In this document: one piece after another, positions 9,757 through 22,609 of the stretch | Numbering within the stretch: the first letter of the stretch is position 1 | How the letters are laid out: each line of letters starts with the position of its first letter | DNA from: Chiloscyllium plagiosum | Taxonomy: Eukaryota | Direction of reading: 5' to 3' | NCBI RefSeq assembly: GCF_004010195.1 | Contig: NC_057750.1 | Span: 2,108,929 to 2,152,205 of the forward strand | Length of the DNA stretch: 43,277 bases | Notes under the pieces: generated by a model | Database searches by the model: none | The model's input: only the letters and a program-made list of their open reading frames with translations | Told to the model about the DNA's origin: nothing | Program-made: the position numbers and the translations under genes

Positions 9757-10805
9757 ATATAATGCAACCTTTTGGTCCAGCAGCTAGTGTAGCTGGTTGC
9801 CTGGAGACAAAAAAAAAAGACAAATTCAAATTAGGCCAATCAGTTTAAATTAAACCCCGAAAAATACCAAACTCCATCAAGCCTGAATTGAGTATATTGA
9901 CAGTATTAAAAGTTAATGACATGATCTGACGTTTTGGAGGTATAAGACCGGGAAAAATTGAACAGTTGGGAAAGAACTGCCAAGCCACCTGCATGTACAG
10001 ACTGCCTGAAAAATAGCTGTCTTAAAGGTAGCTTTATCAATCAGTGACTTGTCAAACAGAAATCCCTAAGAAAAAGAAAAGAAAATAGAAAAAGATATAA
10101 AGAGAAGATTTAACAGCTGGCTGGTTTTGAAGTTTGAAATTTGGTAAACTTAATCAGGGGTTTTATCGGACTAGTGTTATAGAAGGGAAAGTAAAAGATA
10201 GGTTAGAGGAAGGAGTTAGTTAATTATTCTCTGTTATGCTTTAAGAAATAAAGTTGTTAATTTTTACTTAATAGTTCTTGGCCTCTTGAATTTTCACAGA
10301 TTACTGCACGAGATAAAATGTTTGTGTTGCTGGTTTAAATTAAGCAGGAGGGGTCACCCCATGACGTAAGAAGATGTGAGTCAGTCTGGTTGTTATAAGA
10401 AAGTTACCACACACACAGCAGTGATCAATCAATTGGAAACCGAATAACACTGCTTTTTTTTTTATCAAAAAGATAAAACAGACGGGGATCAGAGACTGTG
10501 CAACCGCACTGCGGTATTGTGTAAAATTAGGGAATTGATTGGTATAGCAGATGATTATGCTCCTCCCCTGCCCTGGGAAAACTTGTCAGGGAAAAAACAG
10601 TCAAATCTGAGTGATAAAAGGAGGATCTTGCTTCAGCCATTTTAAGTTCAGCGACGCTCCAGTTGAACGGTTCTCAACCTCTGAGTGCCAAGTATGTGAA
10701 AGTCTCCTGCCACTGAAATGGGTTCCCCAGAGTCTGAAGGCGGACTGGACTTTGCAGTCATTGCTCTGGTTTATCCTTAAGGCTTATTTTTCCAGGTAAT
10801 TGGAT

Positions 10806-11165
10806 GGGCAGCACGGTGGCTCAGTGGTCAGCACTGCTGCATCACAGCACCAGGTACCCAGGTTCGATTCTACCCTCAGGCAACTGTCTATATGGAGTTT
10901 GCACATGCCCCCCACCCCACCCCCATCCCCCCCACCCCCTTGTCTGCATGGGTTTCCTCCCACAGTCCAAAGATGTGCAGGTTAGGTGAATTGGCCATGC
11001 TAAATTTGCCATAGTGCTCAGGGAAGTGTAGGTCAGGTGCATTAGTCATGGGAAATGTAGGGTTATAGGGTAGTAGGATACGGGCCTGGGTGGGAAACTC
11101 TTCGGCAGGTTGGTTTGGACTTGTTTGGCCAAATGGCCTGTTTCCACACTTAAGGGATTCTATGG
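10806..11165 (+). mobile_element. HE1-like SINE
   Basis: ggcagcacggtggctcagtgg...ggttcgattc head and the standard tail. Confidence 0.88.
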
Positions 11166-11636
11166 TATGGCAACTGTAGCAACTAACACTTAGTCTTCTG
11201 ACGAGGCCACTCTAACTGGTGGTTTTCAGATCAGTGTGTTGTATTTAAATGCCTTTGTTTCGGGAGGAGGTTTTCTTTCCCCCTCTTTTGCATGTCTGTT
11301 GCTCCTCCTGCTCTTCATCTCCTTTCCATCAGCTTGTTTCTCCTCTTTGGGCAATAGAGTATTTGTATTAGAGGGAGACAGAGCACCTGCAGCAGCCTGT
11401 GACTGGAGTGAGCAGTGTAGTACTCTCTCTGCATTGTACTGGAATTGGCTAGGAAACAATAATCATAGCTTTCTGTTAGTTTCTCACATGGCAACAGTGG
11501 ACAAAACTGAGGCAAGATTCAACTGAAAATCATTGCCCTGGAGTGTGTGTTTCAGTATATACATTACACTCCACTCTGATTCTTCAGTGGGTAATGGTTT
11601 GCAATCAGCAATGAAATTCTTTTCTTTAATTTTCAG

Positions 11637-11739
11637 AGATTGAGTCCATCAGCTGAGATGGTGATGATTGACAGGATGTTTATCCAGGAAGAGAAAACCT
11701 CCCTAACCACCGACAAGCAGCTGGCAAAAGAGAAACCTG
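11637..11739 (+). CDS. BICRA: BICRA penultimate coding exon, GLTSCR1 domain (phase 0 to 1)
   Basis: Acceptor ttctttaattttcAG, donor CTG|GTAAGA. Encodes RLSPSAEMVMIDRMFIQEEKTSLTTDKQLAKEKP. Confidence 0.96.
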
Positions 11740-12029
11740 GTAAGACTGTTTATTGAGGACACAACTCTCTCCTTTTCAAATACCGGATCAGTTGAGGACT
11801 GGTAATCAGTCAGAAACCTTCCCAGTCTGAGCTGGTCCATTGGCAAAGATCCTGCTCAATTGTATTGAAGCCAGTTGCTGATTATCTTGCAGTCAGTGAC
11901 ATGGTGCATGCAGGAGACGTTGCGGTGATGTAGAGATTGGGACCATTCCACTTGGTTCTAAACATGGAAAAAATGGGCCGCAGAAGGAGAAAAACCTTCT
12001 CCACTTTTGATACTCTTTACAATCATTCT

Positions 12030-12270
12030 GGGAGGAAGTGAGGAACTGCAGATGCTGGAGATCAGAGTTGAGTGTGTGGTGCTGGAAACGCACAGCAGGT
12101 CAGGCAGTATCTGAGGAACAGGAGAATTGACATTTCGAGCATAAGCTCTTCATCAGAAAGCTCTTAATTGGTCTTCCTCGTGAAGAGCTGATGCTTGAAA
12201 CAATTACTCTCCTGCTCCTCGGATGCTGCCTGACCGGCTGTGCTTTTCCAACACCACATTTTTCGACACT
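12030..12270. mobile_element. Penelope-like palindrome (family A), degenerate
   Basis: Inverted arms gctggaaacgcacagcaggtcaggcag / ctgcctgaccggctgtgcttttcca, homologous to 197-418. Confidence 0.7.
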
Positions 12271-12589
12271 GTATTTGCAGAAGCAGCTTTCCCAATGGTG
12301 CTGCCAAAGAATAGAGCCACCGACTTCAGATCCACCAGACATTCTGAGTGTTTGGAGTTTTCACTCCAAGATAAAAGGCCCTCTAATGTCCAGTGCATGA
12401 GTAGGATTGAATGCAACAGGATTTCACCAAAAGTGGTGTCTTGGAGCTCTCCAGCCAGTGGGTAAAATGCCCGTCATCTTCATTAATTTCATCCCATGTA
12501 GGATTACAGCACTAAGAGCTCATTTAGCCCATCGTAACTGTGCTAACTCTTTGAAGGTGATATACAACTCCCTTTTGAAAGTTAGTTGT

Positions 12590-12901
12590 TTTTATATTCA
12601 TTCATGGGATGAGGACATTGCTGGCTAGGCCAGCATTTATTGCTGTGGGTCTGGAGTCACGTGTAGGCCAGACCAGGTAAGGATGGCAGTTTCCTTCCCT
12701 GAAGGATACTAGTGACCCAAATGGGTTTTTACAACAATCGACAATGGACTCCTGGTCATCATTAGACTCTTAATTCCAGATTTTTATTGAATTCAAATTC
12801 CACCATCTGCTGCAGCAGGATTCGAACCTGAGTCCCCAGAACATTCCTGGGGTCTCTGGATTAATAGGCTAGTGATAATACTATGAGGCCATCACCTCCC
12901 C
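12590..12901 (-). mobile_element. tRNA-headed SINE with L2-type tail (SacSINE1/DeuSINE-like); further copies at ~27228-27555, ~37560-37880 and partial ~6050-6300
   Basis: On the - strand: tRNA-like head with B box GGTTCGAATCC, central block ggaaactgccatccttacctggtctggcctac shared among copies, and a tail shared with the LINE at 39805-40950. Confidence 0.65.
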
Positions 12902-13465
12902 CTGTAGTATTGAATCCTCCCACTACACCTCAGGCAGCAATTTACAAACTATCTCAGCTCAGTGGGATTTCTGTTGTTTGCTTTTGAAGAGAAAATTTCC
13001 TTCATCTGTCTGTCAAGTTATTTTGACCATTATCACAAAATTATTTGGAATGTCTGAAATGCTGAACATAAAGTTCACCAAAGGACTGAAACGTTGAACA
13101 AAGCACAAAATAAATTGCAGTTGTCAGACCAAAATGAAAAATGATTCTGCTTCTCTGATTACTTAGTGAGATTGAAATACACAACAGTTGTGTCAGCATC
13201 TGTATAGCTAGTGTAGGTAAGCTGCCTTCATTTTTATAGCATCTTTATCATCGTAAAACATTATAAGGTATTTCACAGATCTGCTTATCAGACAATGTTT
13301 GACAGTCACATGAGAAGGTATTGGGTCAATTGGTCAAATGGTTAAAATAGAAAGATTTTAAGGTGCGTGTTAAAAGGGAGAGACACATTGACATTTCAGA
13401 TGAAAATTTCAGACCTTGGTGCTACAGATAACTTCAGGCCCAGTGGCTGATGCTGGTCACTTGAT

Positions 13466-13797
13466 CATAAAATTCCTACAGTGTGGAAACAGGCCCTTCG
13501 GCCCAACAATTCAACGCCAGCCCTCCGAAGAGTATCCCACCCAATCCATTCCCTTATCCTATTACTCTACTTTTACCCCTAACTAACACATCCCTGAACA
13601 CAATGGGCAATTTAGCATAGCCAGTTCACCTAACCTGTACATCTTTGGACTGTGGGAGGAAACCGGAGCACCTGGAGGAAACCCACGCAGACACGGGGAG
13701 AATGTGCAAACTCCACACAGACAGTCGCCTGAGGCTGGAATCAAACCCAGGTCCCTGGCACTGGGAGGCTGCATTGCTAACCACTGAGCCACATGCC
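13466..13797 (-). mobile_element. HE1-like SINE
   Basis: Reverse-complement match to the + copies. Confidence 0.9.
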
Positions 13798-13944
13798 AAA
13801 AATTACAGGAGTGTAGATATCTCCACAGGTATGGGATTAGAGATTACTTGGAGGGAGGGATGATGGGGTGAATGACATGGGCATATCATTTTCATGTAAA
13901 AGACAGAAGGTTTAGAGGGGGTTTAAAGAAAAACAATTTCGCCC

Positions 13945-14158
13945 AATAGGTGGTGAGGGTCTCGAGGTGGGAACTGAAAATGTGTTGCTGGAAAAGCGCA
14001 GCAGGACAGGCAGCATCCAGGGAACAGGAGAATCGACGTTTCGGGCATAAGCCCTTCATCAGGAATCGGGATGAAGGGCTCCAGCCCAAAATGTCGATTC
14101 TGTTGCTCCTCGGATGCTGCCTGACCTGCTGTGCTTTTCCAGCAACACACTTTCGACT
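13945..14158. mobile_element. Penelope-like palindrome (family A) with intact hammerhead core on the - strand at 14035-14062
   Basis: Inverted arms; the - strand reads CUGAUGA-A-GGGC-UUAU-GCCC-GAAAC-GUC. Confidence 0.78.
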
Positions 14159-14362
14159 ATAATATATATTTGGCAGCACAGACCCAATGGGTAGTAATGT
14201 ATGCTTTGCCATAGTGTTTGATTCTATGACACAACCAAGGGATTTGAAAACAAGAATGAGAAATTTAAGTTGGTATTGCTGAAGAGGAAGGGGAATGATA
14301 GCGGGGAAGTGTGTGTAAAAGCGTTCAAATTTAATTTCTTGTATTTTCTTGTCCCACTGTAG

Positions 14363-15522
14363 ATGAATATGTGGCATCTTCCTCCAGATCCCATAGCCTG
14401 GCTACCTCTTCTCCATCCCCCTCCTGTAACACTTCAGCTGCTTCACTGGAAACCCCTCGGGCTCCCGCTACTCAAACAGCCACACAGATCCACCCGACAA
14501 AGTTGGTCATCAAGCACTCTGGAGCCTCGCCTTCCGTCTCGTGGGCCAAGGACGGTGACGACGAGACTCTTCACACCCGAAGTCGGCCACCTCCGATGAA
14601 GACGTACGAGGCTCGAAGCAGGATCGGCCTGAAGCTTAAGATCAAGCAGGAGGCAGGGCTCAGTAAGGTGGTTCACAACACTGCCCTTGACCCCGTCCAT
14701 CAGTCTGTCAGCACAAGCTCAGTCATCAAAAGCACCGAATGTTTGGTGGCAACCAGTGTCAGCCAGATGAACGGGACTCTCGAACACGCGACGCCACCCC
14801 CAGCTGAGAACAAGCCACCTCGCAGTGCCAACTATTGTAAGCTGCCACCGCGCAAGACGTATCGGGAGAACGTGCAGTCACTATCAGCTGATCGAACTGC
14901 TGGGACCCCATCTCAGGGTGGGACTGTTAGGGAGGACAGCAGGAGAGAAACTGTGTCCAAGTGTGAGGAATCTTCCAAAAGTGTCATAGCCACTTGCAAA
15001 TCTGCAGAGAGTCCAAAGGTGAGAACTGCAAGAGGCAGACCTGAGGAGAGCGCAGTGGTCTCGAGTCTCAGTAGGAAGGCTCGAACACATACACACCACC
15101 TGCCTCCCAAATCGGAGGAGCCTCCTGGAGGAAGAGCCGAGGATGGCACTGGGGGACTCATGAAGGAACTGTCGGACGTTGAGGACGAGTTAATCATCAA
15201 AGCAGACCCTCCGGACGGGCCCTGGGAACTGGCACTCCCACCTGCCAAGCGGAGTAAGTCCGAGTCGTTCGACATGGACAATGCCAGTTTCTCCAGTGAC
15301 AGCCCTCAGGATGACACGCTCAATGAGCATTTGCAGAGTGCTATTGACAGTATCCTGAACTTGAGGCAACCGCAGTCCGTGTCAGTCACTCAAAACCCAG
15401 TGTCGTCTCCGTACAATTCCTCAGAAATGAACTCTTCGCCCTTTTCCCCCACTCCCCACTCAGACAGCTATCTTGCACCCAATCACAACGGAGGCCTTGG
15501 AGCTAGAACTTACACTAGATGA
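14363..15522 (+). CDS. BICRA: BICRA last coding exon, to TGA stop
   Basis: Acceptor ttcttgtcccactgtAG, phase 1 gives D-E-Y-V. Contains PTKLVIKH, KTYEARSRIGLKLKIKQEAGLSKVVHNTALDPVHQ, RKTYREN, PPAKRSKSES, SFSSDSPQDDTLNEHLQSAIDSILNL and C-terminal HNGGLGARTYTR, all hallmark BICRA motifs. Confidence 0.97.
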
Positions 15523-18516
15523 CTCAGTCTGTTCAACTCGTATTTTTCCCAACATTGGTACGATGTCTGTGCTGTGGAACCACAACACAGCTCATTAAAG
15601 AGAGAGTATCCCTTTATGTGAACCTACCGTTGTGGTATTTTGTAAGCATTGCATCCAAAACAAAAAAAGATCTTTCTCAATGCATTCTTGAGGCTTTTAA
15701 CATTAGTTAAAGATGCAGTGATAACCGTCCAGTGTAACCTGTGATGAGATTGCCGACTCTCACAGAGCTTGTACCTGTTTATTGTTTAGCAGGTTGCTTG
15801 GAAGGGCCAGAGGCCGGGAGAAGGCACAACACAGTTTGCCTTTTGGGGGCCCTGTGTCCTTGCTTGAGTTCAGAGTTCAAGGGTGCAGCAACCTAAAGGT
15901 GTGATTCATAAGAGTTGGTTTGTGATGATAAATTCAAAGGCTAACTAGATGATTGACCAATGTACCTTAACCAAAAAAAAAAACAAATCCACATACATAT
16001 GGTTTTCTCAGTCTTCCTTGGAGTGTGCACAATCGTTCTGATTGTGGGAACATTCATCAACACGTAATGGAGTCAAAAGTGCCAGTACTTGTGTGAAATG
16101 GTTTCTCCTCCTTCCTATGGGACCTTGTATTTTCTCCTGTCTCCACCCTGGGAGGTAGACTTGGGATGTGGCTTTCTGGTTTTCTCCTTGCCGCCAAATG
16201 TCATGTTGGCCCTTGTTATCAGCTGATGGTCAAAGCTGTGTTAACACGCTGATCTCTGTGAATAGCGGGAGGGGACCTATGTAGCATTGATACATACTGC
16301 AACCATATTTGAGCCACAATCCAAGATCCCATGTCCCCTCTCTACACAGTCTGAGCTGTAATCTCTCATTTATATGTAGCATCATTCCCTTCAGTGCCAG
16401 CCTTGCCTAAGTTCTCAACTCCTTCGTAAATGCCCCCTTCCTCCCCTCAGCCACTGAAATAACTACAGGCCTTGGCAGTAGGATGGTTTGGTGAAACCCC
16501 CTTTGGTATTGCAGTTGGTCACTGAATAGTGCAGGACCAACCTACCCATGACTTTTCCAGAGTGTTTGAGTGTGTGGCCCCTGTGTATTTATGGTTTTGC
16601 CTGGCTGTTCTGGGCACATGACTTAAGTGAACTGACTAGTCCGTGGCCTGTAGAGGGACTGTTCAGTCACTGTGTGGCTGCACAAGTTTGAATGAAGGTA
16701 AAGGACTCTGTTTTCAGAATTCCCCCATCTCTCTCAAACCCTCTGCTTTAAGAGATTGTCTTGTTACATCACCCAGGGTTACCTAGTGTCACACACATGG
16801 GCGTGTCCCTGAGATTTTATTGGGACAGCTCAGTTTCTCCTCCCTGATCCACTCCATTTGGCTTCCTGACATGTCCATCATCTCAGTTTCACGCCTGACA
16901 GTCCTCCTGTTGATCAGTCTTTCCAAGTTCACCACCTTTTCTGGAACTTCTCATGGCCTGTTGAAATGTCTGGGTTTTTGTTGTTGTATTAATTTCCCTC
17001 CTGGGTTATTCCCGTCAGCGTGCTGCAGATAAACCTACAATTTCTAGAGACTCCAGGACAGTGCTAGGGTAGGTGGGGGGCCAATTTTAAAACTCTCCTG
17101 TTTTGTTTCGAAAACTGAAGTGATATCAGGTTGCGTGAAGATTTTGGAGTTATCACTGATTTGGAGCAAGTGCAGATGTATCCCAGTGTCTCACACGCAG
17201 AGGAAGCTTTATTCAATAACAATTGATACACTCAAGAAGGGCCATGTGTTTCTGCTGGGGAGGGTGCAAATTCTGCCAACGCGCATAACCTCTGGCAGAA
17301 GGGGGAAGACTGGATTAGAGTTGGGAAGGGAAATGTAGGATGTCAGGTGCAAGTTAATTGAAACATTTTTCTGATATATTTATAATATGAATTCTGTTAA
17401 TTGCTGTTTATCACAAATTAATTAGAACTGGGCAGCGTGTGGGTTTATTTGCTTTCAGAATTGAGATTGGTCAACTTAACGTCAAACTGTGTCAGCTTCA
17501 GGGATACAGCCAGACTAGGGGGTGGGGGAATTCCAGGAGCTGGGCTTCTGCTAGTTCCCAATTGAATGTGTTTTGATGTCTTCAATTGTTGTGCAACAGT
17601 AAATAAGGTCAACTCCAAGGTACAGGAGGGAGTATCCCTGTTTTTATTTTGATTTCTGAAGTAAGTTGGGGCAGGGTCCTGTATGGGGTGGGGGAAGTAA
17701 TTTTAACAAGACCATGGCATTGGCTGTTTCAGGAGAGATGTTGATCTTTCTGCAGGTTCTGAGTTACATTTTCATCTGAGAAGAAAATCTTGTTTTTTTT
17801 ATTATTCATTCTGGGGTTGTGGGTTTTGTTGTCAGTGCTGGGGTTTGCTGTCCATCTTTAATTTCCCTTGAGAATTGCATGGCGTAGAGAGACACAAGGA
17901 GTAAACGTTGTTCCCAGATGTTGCCTCCAGTAGGGTAATTGACAAAGGAAAGTTATCTCGATGTCATGATTGTTCTTGTGTGAGTACAGCAGTACTTGTG
18001 TAAACATGCAGGATTCTGCTACCTGTTGCTTTAACAAGTATTGCTGGGGCAACAGAATTAAACACTCTGCCTCTCCATGAGAGATTATAACAGCCAGCGG
18101 CAGAGTTGGACCCTGCCCGTTCACCAGTACGATATGAGGTACTTTAATTAAAAAATTGTCATCAGAGGCCCCAGTCTGTCTTGTCAGACTGTGCAAGCTA
18201 ACTTGACATCTTCTGGCCCTCTGATATCCTACAGGTCCCAGTGGTCAACCACATCTTTGTGACATTTCACCTGTTGGTTGGATGTCCCCATTTGGAGCAG
18301 ACATTTGCTTTACAGGTTGAAACACTGGAATTTCTTGTACTCCACCACTTACACAGCTGTTATGATCAGTAAATTAATTTAAGATTCTGTTGATTTAAGA
18401 GATTAGCAAATCCCTCAATTCTCGAATGTTTTCAAAGGAGTTTGGGCAAACTTAATGAGACATTGTGATGTAAATTTCAGTAGGGGCTAGGTGGTTGCTT
18501 CTCTTGCAGAATTGTC

Positions 18517-18539
18517 TGTGTGTGTGTGTGTGTGTGTGT
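18517..18539. repeat. (GT)n microsatellite
   Basis: Direct reading. Confidence 0.95.
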
Positions 18540-19176
18540 TTCACCTATACTTTTGCGTTTCTCCCTCTCCCCCCTTACATGACAACACACCACATCCCCC
18601 ACCCCCATCCAAAACACACTGGGAAGTACCCCTGTGTAGATTTAGAATTTTTTTTGTTAAATATATCCTGATATAAGGACATAAACTGTTGAACTGGGGG
18701 TAGCCTGGTTAGCTGCTCGAATACAATATTAATTTGCCACCAGCTCCACAGATGGTCAGCATACATCATGCTTTACTTTAAAACAAAAAGAAATTGATGT
18801 GAAGAATTTTGAGTGTTGATGATTATTTAAAGGCTTATTTCAGATGAACTATTAGTTTAAAAGAAGACCCTGCCTGGGAGTAGGCGCTGGAGTCCAGTTA
18901 GGATAATTGTAAATGTATGATTTGGCTATTAGGCTTTCAGTATTCTCTTTGAAACCATTTTCACGTTGAGGGGGTGGGCAGGGACAAGTGTTCCAATACT
19001 GAATGATTGGAGGTCCCCACTGTGAAAACTCATTTCTTGAAAGAACCGTTGTGAATGTTAATTTTCTTCACACTTTTGGGCATGGTTTCATTATTCTGAT
19101 CGGCGCCAACTCTGTGTCCACGTCTTCAGTCTTTATCCCTTTTTTCTCCCCCTCAAGTAAACTCTCCAAATTATGT

Positions 19177-19262
19177 AAAAGCAAAATATTGTGGATGCTG
19201 GAAATCTGAAATAAAAAGGGTGCTGGAAAAAATAGTGTGTCTCTCCAGCACTTTGTTTTTAA
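19177..19262. mobile_element. Very short Penelope-like terminal remnant with 14-bp TSD inside the putative 3' UTR
   Basis: gatgctggaaatctgaaa...gtgctgga/tccagcac; direct repeat tctccaaattatgt at 19163-19176 and 19263-19276. Confidence 0.65.
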
Positions 19263-20524
19263 TCTCCAAATTATGTTCCATTTTTCTGTTAGAACAATAC
19301 AAAATTTTGCCTTTTATTTTGGCAGCTTTAAGTGTCTGTGATTTCAAACAGACCCAATTTCCAGTGTTAATGAAATGACAGCATTATCTATAAACCTCAT
19401 TATGGAACCCGGAGCTTTTTTTTAAACAGCGATGGTATCCTTTTTTGTTGCTCTGTGTTGGAATGGTCTTTTTGCAAAAGTTGGACAGCAAGTGTCAACA
19501 AGCTATTTGACTGCAGAATGCTTCACGTGAACCTGGTTCTGACCTTGTTTGGTGCCCAGGTTCACCTCTCCTATCATTAGGAGAAGATAGGAGCTGGGAT
19601 CCTGCAGGACTTGCACCTTTTTTTTAAATTTAAAGTCTGTGCCAATGAAACACAAGATTTATATAATATAATCTCAATTATCATTTGTTTTTGCCTAAGG
19701 ATTGAGGCTGTAAGGGTTAATGTCAATCAGGATGGAGTTAGCTAATTTCAGTGGGGCTTGGGATAGGTTAGGGGAGAGGGGCAAAACTGCCTTTTAGCAG
19801 GAGAGGGGAAGGATGTGTTACATAAGTGATTCAGAATCATGCACTGCAGGATCGCCTTCAACATTTTATTTACTGATATCTGCTAAAGGTACAAGCATCC
19901 CCTACTCTGAGGGTATTTAACATGACGGCTGGGCGCAGGTTGATGGAGAAATAGTGCAGTTGCTGTTTTCTAACTTTCTTATCAGTTAGGATTACAGTTG
20001 CAAATCTTCACCAGTGCCACAACACCCACCACCCTCCCTGCCATCCTCTTTGACAGCCTGTAAACTCTAATCTCTTCTCCTGTTAAATCCTGGTCCTTAA
20101 TTGGACTTTATGTGGCCCCTTTGGAGTTGGATTTGTTAGTAAATACTTTGGCAGATTTACAATGAGATGTAGAATGTTTTCCACCTTAAGGCCCAATCTG
20201 TCTGAAAATGTGGACTGAATGCTGCACCTTTTCTAGTTTTAAATTTTTTTAAAAATAATTTTCTTTCCTTCCCTTCAATGTTTCTTTCCCTCCATTTTCC
20301 TGTTAGCCTTAAGTTTCCTAAACCCCCTTCACCTCCATCCAATCAGTTCACCTCTCACCCCTCCCTCCCTTTTCATTCATATCTTCATGAATTTACACTC
20401 TTCCACATTGTGTGCCATTTGTGAAAAATAATGTGCCAATTATTATCAGAGTTCATTAATTGTCATTTTTAAAACTTGAGTTTGTTGTTGCCTTAATTAG
20501 TTTGGTTGGGATGCTGCAGAGTAA

Positions 20525-20785
20525 TTCTGTACTTAACCCTTCCCTGTTCTGGGAGTATTTAATGGGGACAGTGCAGAGGGAGCTTTACTCTGTATGTAAC
20601 CCCTTGCTGTCCCTGTCCTGGGAGTGTTTGATGGGGACAGTCTGGAGGGAGCTTTATTCTGTATGTAACCCCTTGCTGTCCCTGTCCTAGGAGTATTTAA
20701 TGGGAACAGTATTGGGAGAGCTTTACGCTGTATCTAGCCCTTTGCTATCCCTGTTGTGGGAGTGTTTGTTGGGGACCGTGTAGTG
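20525..20785 (+). repeat. 69-bp tandem repeat, ~3.8 copies
   Basis: Unit gggagtgtttgatggggacagt..gagggagctttactctgtatgtaaccccttgctgtccctgtcct recurs at 20551, 20620, 20689 and 20758. Confidence 0.92.
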
Positions 20786-22603
20786 GGAATTATTTTCATC
20801 TGAAGAAACTTATGGTAGCGGCTTGGAGAGATATCCAGTGACCTCTTTAATTTAATTATGTTTTGTGGAGAAATTGAAAATGGCAACATTGCTTTTGTTT
20901 TAACGATTAGATGAGTGTAGCAGTTGCATGCAGCAGTTTGAAAGCACATGGTTAGCCTCCCTGTGTGCGGAGCTCCCATTTGAATGACCTGAGAGCTTTG
21001 CTGAATTGTATCTTTTATCGTTGAAGTACAAGGGGTCCCCCATTTATTAACGTCCAACTTCGGAGTGTGATCCCATACAAGGATGTAATTTTAAATATCC
21101 AACCTGTGAACATTTTCTGTACTTATGAACAGCTGCTTTATACTGTCCTGCATCGTGTTCCGACTTCAAACAGACTCAGGAATGGAGCACGTTCACATCT
21201 GGCATTGACTGGACAGTCCAGGGTTTGCTCTCTCCAGTGATCACTCAAGTTGTCTCCTTAATTCAAACATAAGCCACTTTTGATTGAAAATCCTGTTCTG
21301 GAAAGCAGTAGCAGAAATAATCATCTCCAATGTTGCTTCTCTCTTTCCAACAAAGATAGTCAATAGTCCTTCCTAAATGTGTGCCACCCATTGAAGCCCT
21401 ATCCCATTCTAGTTTCAAGTTTGGTTTGACTTCTCCCCCTCAGAACCACTTCTTGTCAGGAACTCTTTCTAGACTGAGGAATTCCTAATTTCAATCCAAA
21501 ACTTGCCTTGTCAGACTACTGAAGCTGTTATTAGTTTTGTTGCAGTTTGATTTTATTGACCCCCTTTGCTGTTCATTTGTGGCTGGTGGATGCCTGTTGT
21601 GGCTTCTCTGCAGAGATGCCGCGGGTGTATGAAAGGAGAAGCGACGATTGAGTTTCATGCTGTGTCCGCAGGAACTTTGATCAGGATGCAGTCATTCCTC
21701 AGTGCCCGAAGAACAGCTGCCTCTGTATTTAACCAGAAGCCTCTGTTTTCCCAGTGGAGGTGTTGGATGTTAGTGAGATTCAGAGTATATTGTGCCATTC
21801 CATGTTAGTGCCACTATGATTGTAATTCAGGCAAAAGTTTGGGGTGATAGTTGCCTGTTAGAAATCAACATTAATTCCGAGTGCGTGTATTTTGTTATTG
21901 GGGTGAGCAACCACTTCAATGCTCTCGATTCGCCTGTGTACTACTAACTAGAACACTCTGAGTCGGCAGATTCAGCGAATACACACGAATCCAGGTGTTT
22001 AAAGGGATACTGTCTCTTTTCAGCTGATATTAATTCTACCTTGAAACAAAAAAATACTGAAAATCTCTCGAGCTCCCCCACCTCTTCCCCCACCCCCAAC
22101 ACACCGCACCACACCACAAAAACCTCGCCTTTCTAACTGTGTCTCGCACCCTAACATTCCTGCAGGGGGGAGGTCACAGAAAACAGTGTATTGCCCTCGC
22201 AGTGTTCCCTGAGTTTGGAGGGGGTTGGGTGGCGGGGGGGTAGGAAGAAGAGATGGGGATGTGAAGCCATCACATCCTGCCTATGCTTTTTTCACCTGCA
22301 GACCAAGATGATTGTATATATAATATTGAAGAGAGGTCTCATCGATTTGTTATTCTGTTTAAAAGAAGGTTTGTTTTTGGAGAGGATATTTTCAGCAGTT
22401 ATGTTCCAGGGGGCCTTAACCTGCGAATCATTCAAAAATAAAGTAACTGTCAATGTTCTGTCAATAATGAAGGATGGTGATTGAAAGTACTGTGACTTTT
22501 GATGTCTCCCTTCGCTGTACAAACCCAAGCTCCTTCTCTTAAAAACAAGTGAACATTTTTGTACACATTTATATTAAGCTATTTATTAAACAAAATGTTT
22601 TGT

Positions 22604-22609
22604 AATAAA
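22604..22609 (+). promoter_or_regulatory. Candidate polyadenylation signal AATAAA of BICRA
   Basis: Canonical hexamer preceded by TGTA motifs and ATTAAA, followed by T-rich sequence; sits at the boundary of the repeat-poor region. Confidence 0.55.

Larger units (their letters stand above)
9352..10371 (+). mobile_element. Probable solo LTR (Gypsy/ERV-like), interrupted by a Penelope palindrome
   Basis: Starts TGAAGATGTGGGTGTACTGTACCTTTAAG, has TATA-like tataaga near 9941 and AATAAA near 10247, and ends ...accccatgacgtaaga (resembles ...cgtaaca). No clear TSD. Confidence 0.45.

Noticed and set aside
14371..15522. Stand-alone 383-aa single-exon gene
   Set aside because: It starts at GTG just after a splice acceptor and is the terminal BICRA exon. 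The overlapping antisense ORFs (14443-15281) are shadows of it.
20525..20785. CRISPR-like periodicity (also 31850-32088)
   Set aside because: Whole units repeat without unique spacers, the context is eukaryotic and there are no cas genes.
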